From Octopus sinensis (taxonomy: Eukaryota), in the NCBI RefSeq assembly GCF_006345805.1, contig NC_042999.1, positions 134,292,001 through 134,356,000 of the forward strand: a stretch of DNA of 64,000 bases, read 5' to 3'. The translations under genes and the position numbers were made by a program. Of this stretch, positions 53,992 to 64,000 are shown piece after piece; positions within the stretch are counted from its first letter, which is position 1; the number at the start of each line of letters is the position of its first letter. The notes under the pieces are model-generated. The model did not search any database, was not told where the DNA came from, and saw nothing but the letters and a program-made list of their open reading frames with translations.

Positions 53992-54790
53992 ATGATGATT
54001 TGGGTGTCAAAGCTAGTGCTGACAGCGGATGTAGTTGAAATGATGGTAGCTGTTGGCAGGGAAGGCGAAGGCAGCAGCAGCGGTGATTGCGGTAATGGCG
54101 GTGGTAGGGATGATGATGATGATGATAGTAGTGATGACGACGATGCCAGTGGCTAATGTTGCTGAAGTAAGTGTCAAAGGAGAAGACTGATGTTGCTTTT
54201 GATGCTACGGCTGCTGCAGCTGCCACCGCCGCCGCTATCTCCGTCACCGCCGCTCCACCGCTGCTGCTGCTGCTGATGATGATGATGATGAAGACGATGA
54301 CGATGACGATGATTATGACGGTTATGATGACGGTTATGATGGTGATAATGATGATGATAATGACGACGACAACGATGATGATGATGATGATGATGACGAT
54401 GACGATGACGATGATGATGACGGTTATGATGGTGATGATGATGATAATGACGACGACAACGATGATGATGACAGAACACTGCTAAAATCTATCATTCCCA
54501 CCAGTATTTTTATAATGAACTCTATGACAACCAATACCTATAGCAACGCCATCACCACTTCAACATCATGGCCACCAACACTACTATCATTACCACCACT
54601 GCTTCTACCACCGCTGTCACTACCACCAGTACTGCTGTCATCACCTTCACCACTATCATCGCCTCAGCAGGAACAACCATCCCCACTATTTCTACATCCC
54701 AACACCATCACCACCACTCCCAATAGCTCTACATCCCACCATAACCATCACCACCACACCACCACCACCACCACCACCATACCGCTACTA
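53589..54790. repeat. Trinucleotide repeat mosaic (ATT, GAT, GAG, GTG, GCT, GAC, then CAC/CAT)
   Basis: Directly visible; generates poly-M/D/H/W/T ORFs. Confidence 0.9.
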
Positions 54791-56393
54791 TAAGAATTAG
54801 CAACAGCACTGCCACCAACAAAATTAGCACCGTTATCTTCACCACCATCGCCACCGTCATCGTATTGGCACCAATGACAACAGTATAACAGCAACAAGAG
54901 TGAAGCAATAGAAGAAGAAGAAAAAAAATCGAGTAAAAAAACTGTTTAAAAAAAAAGACGCGAATGAAGAAAGGAAAATATGTCAAAAAACAAAGGCTGG
55001 GAGAAAAAGGAAAGATTAGAGAGTGAAAGCAGAGAGAGAGAGAAAAAAAAAAGAGAAAGATGAGAAGAGAGATGACTCAAAGTGGTGATGGGGAGAGCGA
55101 AAGGCAGCGTAGCAGAGAGGAAGAAAGGCAAACAGATGTAGAGAGAAAGAGTATCAGTGTGATCATTTAAGCCAGCTGTCAAGTTGAACGCCTTGTTTGT
55201 TTACAGAAATCACCTCTTCTAGTTGTCAACTTAGCTTGTAGCCGTTTCCGCAGACAAATTCGACGGAAATTAACCAATTCCGTGCCAATGATTGCTATAT
55301 AATTGACTCCAGCTGGCTCCGTAAAGTCTCCGTAACTATTCGTTAGTTTTTGGTGTTTTATTCGTACATCTCCGATCAACCTCGGATAAATTCGGGTGGT
55401 TTCCTGCTGACGTGGTGGCGTTGGCGCCGAAATGACGTCGATTATGAAAAGGTATTTGTGTTAGTCTAAACACTACGTGTGTATATATGCGTGCATGTAC
55501 ATCTCCGATATTTTGTTTAATTGTTCGAAATCATTCTACAAAGTAGGGGGCTTCTTTCACACGAAGAAATAAAACTCCATTATTGTAATCTAGACAATGC
55601 CACTTTAGAAATGTTTTGCATACTTTTCGCTGTTCTACTAACGGTTTGAATCTGCAGAATACGTATGTATATGGATACATATGTATGCTTACATATAAAT
55701 ATATGAATATTTGCTTTTCCTGAGGGAAATTTCAGTGTTATTTTAACCAATCACGAACGGTGACGGGTTTGTCAAAAATAAGAAAACAAAAATTGACTTG
55801 TTGTTACTGGCATCTATTACATAATGTTTTATATCCATTATCATTGGATATAATGCTGAAACAATACTTTGAGTATTGGACTTGCAAATTCCAATATGAT
55901 CGTAGCATTCATTACTCTGTAGATTTTTTCATTTCTTGTCTATATGAATGCATGTATGTCCAAATGTATGTTCATGTGCGTTAATGCGTGCACGTGTATG
56001 CATGTATTTGTGTATGTGTGTAGACATAGATTGCAGACGTAGATATGACCAATGGTTTAGAAGTTCGCTTTTCAATCACGAGGCCCCTGGGTTCCATCTC
56101 AGAGTGTGGAGTCTTGGGAAGCATCAAGGCGATCCAAATTCTGCAAGAGAAATTGGGGGTAGACAGAAACTATGTGAAAATCCATCGAATAAATTGTGTA
56201 AGCCAAAGGTCCATATTTTGTCCCAGTGATTCGACCAGAATATTACGTTAAGGGTATACGTGATTGTAGAATATTCAGTCACTTCTTAACTGAACTAATT
56301 AGTCGTAAATCTAATTAATAAGAAGGTGGTTCATTTGATAGAGGAGGAGGAGGAGGATCAATCTGATTGTTATCAGTATGATGATGATGAATG

Positions 56394-56454
<61 letters not shown>

Positions 56455-57135
56455 GACAAAGATGACGAGACGTGGGGAGGAAGAGAAGAAGGAGATGGAT
56501 GATTTTAAAAGGAATCGGATGCCGAAAGTAAAAGTATGAGTCCTTGACCTGTATAGAAAAGTTCAGTTCTCGAAACTGAACCAACGAAGGAGCCTTCATA
56601 TATGTATTTATCTATATTTAATATTTGTGGCAGGTCATTCGGAGCGCCATTGGTTAATAAATATTCTGATACAACCGTGGTCGGGTCCGTCGCTCACTAA
56701 GCTGGTACCCCCACAGTGCAAACCTGATGAGACGGGTTGTCAGAAACTCAGCAAGACATAAACAGTACGTGTCAAAAAGATGGATGAAACAATAATGGGG
56801 TCAGTGACTACCCAACAATAATATGGGTATTTTGATATTCCGGGCTAGAGTCCGGTTCACTGTATGTGAAATGGGAAGCGGGAGTGCCTTTTGGATTTCG
56901 TTAAAGCATATCTCTCGGAGAAGGTTATTTTGATACATATAACGTAGTAGTGTTGTTGCGAGAGCTTGTCAATACTTCGGCTTGTCTAGCTAGGAGTTGG
57001 TTGACTTCCATAATGAGAGTTGTTACAGTGTTGTACATTGTGTTTTCGACTGAAATTTTGTATCAGAATTGACGACAGATTTTGACTAATCGTTCAAAAA
57101 GTAGCTAGCCACCAGATATATATCAATGCAATGCA

Positions 57136-57770
57136 TATGTGTGTGTATGTATGTATGTATGTATGTATGTATGTATGTATGTATGTATGTATGTATGTGT
57201 ATGTATGTATGTATGTATGTATGTGGTGTATGTATGTATGTATGTATGTATTGTGTATGTATGTATGTGTATGTGTGTATGTATGTATGTATGTGTGTAT
57301 GTATGTATGTATGTGTATGTATGTATGGTATGTATGTATGTGTGTATGTGTGTATGTATGTATGTATGTATGTATGTATGTATGTATGTATGTTGTATGT
57401 ATGTGTGTATGTATGTATGTGTGTATGTATGTGTGTATGTATGTATGTATGTGTGTATGTTGTATGTATGTGTGTATGTGTGTATGTATGTATGTATGTA
57501 TGTATGTATGTATGTATGTATGTATGTATGTATGGTGTGTATGTATGTATGTATGTGTGTATGTGTGTATGTATGTATGTATGTGTGTATGTATGTATGT
57601 AGTGTGTATGTGTGTATGTATGTATGTATGTATGTATGTATGTATGTATGTATGTATGTATGTATGTATGTATGTAGTGTGTATGTATGTATGTATGTAT
57701 GTATGTGTGTATGTATGTATGTATGTGTGTATGTATGTATGTATGTATGTGTGTGTGTGTACGTATGTAT
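57136..57770. repeat. ~630-bp interrupted (ATGT)n array
   Basis: Directly visible; interruptions by GT units and single-base slips. Confidence 0.95.
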
Positions 57771-58250
57771 ACAAGCATGTGTGTGTCTATGTTTATAAGT
57801 ATGCGTGTGGATGTAAATATATGTGTGTATGTGTATGTATGCATGCATCTGTCTGTCTATTTGTATGTATGTATGTGTGTATGTATGTGTGTGCGTGTGT
57901 GTGCATGTATATATGTACGATGGAAGAGAAAAAAGAGGAAGGGATAGGTATTAAGAAAAAGAGGTGAAAGAAGGTGTGATCTAAAGGAGAGATAGGCGGT
58001 CAGAGAGAAAGGACGAGAGCAAACATTATTTTTAGTACATTATAAGACGTTCATGCCTTCTCCAAGAATATTTGGTATGTAAAAGTAGTTGAACAGTCCC
58101 AGCTGAAAATTAAAACCAAGAATAAGAAGAGGGATAATAAGAAAAAGAGAAAGACAGTGAGACATAGAGAGAAAATCGCTAAAGGAGAGAGAGAGAGAGA
58201 GAGAGTGGTGTATCTAAAGCAGTGTGAGTTAGTGAAATAGATAGACCGAC

Positions 58251-58311
<61 letters not shown>

Positions 58312-58475
58312 TATAGATAGATAAATAGATAGATAGATAGATAGATAATTGATTTATATATTCTCTCGAATTCACGCAGAGAGGATAGAGATAGACAAGA
58401 TATATGAGCAGTACTTGTGCGCACGCGCGTTATGTGTACGTATAAACATTCATGTACCCCCTAGTGTGTGTATGC

Positions 58476-58510
<35 letters not shown>

Positions 58511-59093
58511 CACACGCACACATATATATATATACATACAAACATATGCACATACGTATGCACATGTATCTGTGTATGTATACATACGTGTCTATTTGCA
58601 TGTGTGTGTGAGAGGGGGAGAGAGAGACAGAAAAATAGAGAGGAGGAGAGGGCATTGAGAACCAGAGAGAGACAGACAGAAAGAGAGAGAGAGAGAGGGG
58701 GAGAGAGAGAAAGTAGAAGGAAATAAGATGCCATTAGTATGTTGTAAAGAGCATCAAGTGAATAATTTGAAAGTGTGACATTTTCAACTGCTCAACAGTT
58801 TGGCCAATTGATGTCACTCATGGAATTTGACACCAATTGACCAACAGAAGGTCGAATCATGGCACGGCGTGAAGGGATCAGCAACTTCTTTGTAGGTACG
58901 TGGGGTGGGGCCAGGGGTAGTTAAATGAAGTGCAGAGGGGGAGCTAATATATTTAGCTAGTGTGTGTATGTAGAACTCAGATCACTGCAAAATAAGTTCT
59001 ACACACACGCAAACAGGTTTACACAGGCATGCTTATACATGTATATACAGTTACGTAGTCATGCTAATATACACACGCATCATTCCATACCTA

Positions 59094-59127
<34 letters not shown>

Positions 59128-59214
59128 TGTGTGTGTATATATATATATTTATATATTTGTAATATATCAAGCACACTAGCCAACAGTTGATTGCGGGGAA
59201 CGACTAAATTTCGC

Positions 59215-59735
59215 CTCGATCAGATTTTACCTGGAGCTAAACAAGATTTGAGCGTTTGATCACCTGGGGTTAAACAGCAACGTCTTTTTGAATGAAACAT
59301 CGGTTTGATCAGGAATATCGACATCTTTGATGACAGGTCGACTCGATCAGGACTGATCTGGGGCTAAATAACATCTTTGCTTACAAGTTTGCTTGATCAC
59401 ATCTGACTTAGCAACAACAACTTTATTGATCATAGACCGACTCTAACAGGACCATGTAACCATGTTATTAATCTAGTTCAGTTCAATCAGGGCTTATCTA
59501 GAGCTAAACAGCAACATTATTTGATCATATATGGGCTCTGTGAAGAATGACTTGGGGCTAAATAGAAAAAAAACCCCTTTGTTTAAAGGCGTTTGATCAG
59601 CGGTAACTGAGCACGAAACTAAAAGGACAACGTCTCTGATCATGCATCGGCTTTATCAGGACTGACTTGGGGTTAAACAGCAACAACATCTTTGATCATA
59701 GATCGGCTTTATCACAACTGACTAAGAGTTAAGCA
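59215..59735. repeat. Degenerate tandem array, ~55-bp period, ~9 units
   Basis: Recurrent GATCA...GATCAGGACTGAC(C/T)TGGGG(C/T)TAAACAGCAAC; best units at ~59636-59692 and ~59693-59735. Confidence 0.7.
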
Positions 59736-60818
59736 AGAACAATAAGAATAGGGTTCATACGTTGTAGATTGTACTTGGATAAGTTGGAAAAGGTTTATAC
59801 AATGAAATTGACATTATAAAGTGATATTTGGAAAATAATGTAGAATGTAATTCACGGAAGAACCAATCTGGTTCTAAACAAGCAACTCGTCTTCAATTTG
59901 GATTGGTTTCGATAACGTCAGTTCACAGCTAAGCGGCTCTATTTGAGAATTCTGCTACAACCTAGAATTCAGAGAACGTGAGATTGAAAAGAACCACTAC
60001 GTTGATACAAACGGCATTCAAATTTCTGTCGATTTTCAAATTTCTACAAATTTCTGTAAATGTTTCTCTCTCACTTAGGAATGTGTTTTTCAACACTTTG
60101 CACTAGTGGTTCCCCATCTTTTCACTGTACCAAGGAATTTCTTTTATTTCAAAGAATTTTCTTGCAGATTCCATATTTTTAAAATTTATGTTTACTCGGT
60201 CATTAGATGTATTTCCTTAACTAACAACAAACTCTCTGAATTGAAACATATCTTTTATCTTTTATTTGTCTCAGTCAACGGATAATTATATGCAGTTAAT
60301 TAATTACACATGCCATTCCATCGTCTTTTAAAGTTTTAAACACAACTCACAAGCCCCAAGTATTACACATCTAGATCTCCAGAAAAGAATCTCTGACTTC
60401 GGAGACAGACAAAGGCGATTTACAATAAGATTACATTGAAATGATTGGCTCTGCTGTCGATTCACTGAAGTTCTACAAATATTGCTTCCTTTGCATTTTA
60501 AAAATACACTTCGCTGTTTTATACAATAGTCTGCGTCAGAATTTAGCAAAATCAGTTTCGAGAAAGTTAAGGTTCAGTAAAAATCTTCTAGAATCTGGTA
60601 AGTAAAAGTGTCTTTAAAATGTTAATAATGTATTTCATTTGATTTTTATATTTCATATTTCTTTCTTTTGGAGGGATGTAAAATAAGAATAACAGTTTGA
60701 CGATTTTTGGAAATCATATGAAAGGTCTGAGTAAAGAAATAATTTGGGAGCCACCGATTTATACTACACACCAACCATTTTTACAGAGTATACTGTCCTC
60801 AAATTTAAGTAGGAATAT

Positions 60819-60871
<53 letters not shown>

Positions 60872-60879
60872 TCTTTCCT

Positions 60880-61060
60880 TTGTTCATTAACTTATTTCAG
60901 TCATTTGACTGCAACTATGCTGGAGCCACCGACTTGAAGAATTTCGGCCGAATAAATTGTTTTCTAAGTCTAGTACTTATTCTATTGGGTCTTTTGCTGA
61001 ACCGCTCTGTTACGGGGACGTAGACACACCAACACCGATTGTCAAGCGTTGATGCGGGGA
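60880..61060 (-). mobile_element. SINE family B 3' half
   Basis: TTATTTCAGTCATTTGACTGC..ATGCTGGAGCCACC...CACCAACACCGATTGTCAAGC. Confidence 0.8.
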
Positions 61061-61118
61061 CATACACAGATACAAATGCACACACATATAATATATACAA
61101 ACATACATACATAAACAT

Positions 61119-61182
<64 letters not shown>

Positions 61183-61363
61183 ACACACATGCACAGTATA
61201 TGCATATATCTATGTGTCTGTGTGTCTGTATCGCCATGGAGAGTGTTTTGATGTAGAAACATCAGAGAAAGTTAGCATATACTCAATAAAGGTGGTACGT
61301 TTTCCTATAGGCGTGTGTTTGTGCGTGTCTGTATGTGTGTGCACGCACGTGTATGTGTATGTA

Positions 61364-61443
<80 letters not shown>

Positions 61444-61576
61444 GCATACATACTACCATATCAACACACACACATATACATACAGATATATACAAAGAAA
61501 GATAAAGATAAAGAGAGAAGGGTGCGTATATATATGTATGTGTGTACATATAAATATATATGTAGAGATACATAAA

Positions 61577-61610
<34 letters not shown>

Positions 61611-61837
61611 CATACATACATACATACATACATACATACATACATACATGTGACCTTATAAAAACATGTGTATATACATACATATACGTATGTATATTTG
61701 ACCTTCCGACGTGTGACTAAGCAGTCTCACATTACTGAAAACACTTCAGTATAGCCCCTATTCCGCTGACAGATGCAACTTGATACTGAAGTGTTTCCTG
61801 ACATTCGCCATCATTTTACATGAAGTCCCACCTCCAG

Positions 61838-61854
61838 CACAGCAGGGGGCGGCT
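61838..61854 (+). promoter_or_regulatory. CTCF-like motif
   Basis: ACAGCAGGGGGCGGC matches 14 of 15 positions of the consensus CCASYAGRKGGCRSY, in non-repetitive sequence. Confidence 0.4.
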
Positions 61855-62296
61855 TAGAGACAAACTGAATTTCAACCCAACTTCACATTTGTTTATATAT
61901 CAATGATTCCTTAAGGGCATTGAGCATCGAGTATTAGGCAAAATAGCATTACTCCTTAATTATTTTAAACAACACTATCTTAATAGTGATTATCTCGAGC
62001 ATGTTGGATCCTATCAATTCCTCATTTCATGAAGAATAAATACTCCACTTGAAAGAGGGTGTTTTTCATCTTCGTTCTTTCCTTATTCGTTTCAGAACTC
62101 GCCAACATTAAAACGTAGAGAATCTTTGAAGCGATTTTGTTATCAAAAGGGCAAATGCTAATTTAGCTCTAAACAACTGATGTCTAATTAAGCCCAATTA
62201 TGTTTTAAAGTAGACTATTAGACTGTTGTATATGTATATCTCTCTCACATCTCCCTTATGCCTCTCTCTCTCTCTCTCTGTATGTATGTATATGTA

Positions 62297-62357
<61 letters not shown>

Positions 62358-62674
62358 GTATATGTACATTATATATCTATATACATACATATATATATAT
62401 AAATAAACACACATACACATTCACAAACACACACACATGCACACATACACGCATACACACACACAGATACACGCATCTATTATCTCATGTGCAGTTACAT
62501 ATTCCATAAATTTAGATGTCGTTTCATTGATCTTGACACCAGTTGTAGAAACGGACCAACTGACATAAAAGACAAGGAGACTAGGATAAATGTATGTACG
62601 AATGTATGAATGAATGTCACCTTCCCTGCAAATTTTTATTCCAGGGTAAAAAAAGAAAAGAAAAAACCGCGTGT

Positions 62675-62866
62675 GTATCGTTGGCATTTTTTTCCTCCGG
62701 CTTCCCTTCCTTGGATCTTTCCTTTCCTATGTTTCCGACAAAGAGCTCCGCTCGAAACGTTAAATCCTTCTTTTTTCCTTTCCTGAGCGTCCAATAACAC
62801 TATACTTGTTCCACGTCCTCGCGTTGTTGTGTTTTCTCTTTGTGTTTTCATGTTTGGATTAACTCC
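62675..62866 (+). mobile_element. Short hammerhead-bearing element, module type 1 (core mutated)
   Basis: 62731-62765: GUUU CCGACAA A GAGC UCC GCUC GAA ACGU U AAAU; otherwise highly similar to 17201-17390; followed by (TA)n. Confidence 0.75.
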
Positions 62867-62887
62867 ATATATATATATATATATATC

Positions 62888-62935
<48 letters not shown>

Positions 62936-63137
62936 TGTTGATTCGTTAGCTACTGCACGCATTTTTTTTTCTCTCCTTTTTTTTCTCTCCTTCTTTCTGT
63001 GTTTTTTTTCTCTCTGTGTATCTTTCTGTTGAAGAGCGTAGGCTCGAAACGTTAAAGACTTGTTTTATTCATATTTCCTGAGCGCCATACTAATACAATT
63101 GTTCGTTTGTTTTCCACCTGCCTTCGTCTTTTGTCTA
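62936..63137 (+). mobile_element. Short hammerhead-bearing element, module type 2
   Basis: 63021-63058: UCUUU CUGUUGA A GAGC GUAG GCUC GAA ACGU U AAAGA; followed by (TA)n. Confidence 0.75.
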
Positions 63138-63824
63138 TTTTCATAAAGCTTCCCGTTATATATATATATGTGCCTGTTTGTGAGTGTTTGTTTGTTTGTT
63201 TGTGTGTGTGTGTCTGTGTGAATGTGTTTGTAAATGTGTGTACATTATAAAATGATAGATAGATAGATAGATAGATAGATAAAACTTACTTAGAAAAGGA
63301 TGCGTGGCGTTCGATCATATAATAATATAAATAATATATGAATATATGCATATATACATACATATATGTACATACTACATCTATATGCATATATACATAC
63401 AACACAAGGAATATTCCCCTTCTTCAGTTGCCCCTTACCGCGTTTCAAAGGTAAGGACAAGACGCGACTTCATTGAAACAATCCTTCCCGCAAAGCAAAT
63501 TAGATATATATTTATTTATATATATACGCCACCTTTCTTTTGAGAAGAGGCACCTAAATTTCTTCCAAAATTTCAACGGAACTTAACATAGGACTCATGC
63601 TTATGGATGACATCATGCGCATATTATGTATGAAAGTTGTTCCTACGTAATTTATAGTTGTTTTGAAATAACTGAGATAAGAGTTCACATAATTCTTCCG
63701 TTCTATTTTGATTTCTTGTTTCTTTCTGTAACCTGTATCCATGAATATATACGTCACAAGCTTACCTGTGTTCATTTGCCTTTCTGCCTCTCACTCTCTC
63801 TCTCTTCTTTCTGTCTCTTTCTGT

Positions 63825-63858
<34 letters not shown>

Positions 63859-63871
63859 ATCTCTCTCTCTC

Positions 63872-63902
<31 letters not shown>

Positions 63903-63911
63903 ATATAATAT

Positions 63912-63946
<35 letters not shown>

Positions 63947-64000
63947 TATGAGTGTATATATACTGTTGTGTCTGGGGAGAGTCATTCTCTTTTATGAATA

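Noticed and set aside
53917-54793. Poly-Ala/Met/His/Asp ORFs resembling low-complexity transcription factor regions
   Set aside because: Trinucleotide mosaic with no flanking domain or convincing splice signals; overlapping ORFs on both strands.
56840-56960. LYVKWEAG..FR..GEGYFD resemblance to a MIB/HERC2 domain
   Set aside because: In-frame stops and too few matches to judge by eye; needs an HMM search.
57136-57770. Interruptions in (ATGT)n and single-base drop-outs in (GT)n/(TA)n runs as a higher-order code
   Set aside because: Recurrent GTGGTG/TATTAT slips are typical of slippage or long-read consensus error; no regular period evident.
57086-57967. Long ORFs of 220-278 aa
   Set aside because: Entirely (ATGT)n; no coding complexity.

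Overview
AT-rich eukaryotic genomic DNA saturated with microsatellites. It is probably intronic or intergenic sequence from a coleoid cephalopod (Octopus-like); this is my inference from the repeat families, and no search was run. I can support no intact host protein-coding gene, and almost every ORF in the track is a microsatellite artefact. Recognisable content: four tRNA-headed SINE families, two with clear target-site duplications and one forming head-to-tail multimers; two decayed Penelope-like elements (RT thumb, one with a GIY-YIG domain); a 5'-truncated R4/Dong-type LINE sitting in (TAA)n; two RTE-LINE fragments; a truncated Tc1/mariner (maT-like) transposase; and several long-arm foldback elements next to (TA)n. 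The most striking unexplained signal is about a dozen type-I hammerhead ribozyme motifs whose stem III is a short palindrome (dimer-type). They fall into two designs, and most lie 50-100 nt upstream of a (TA)-rich microsatellite. Two have complete cores (2701-2809 and 17297-17331, both minus strand). This points to a high-copy family of short, non-autonomous, ribozyme-bearing elements derived from Penelope termini. One plausible spliced exon (32761-32854) and a strong CTCF-like motif are also noted.
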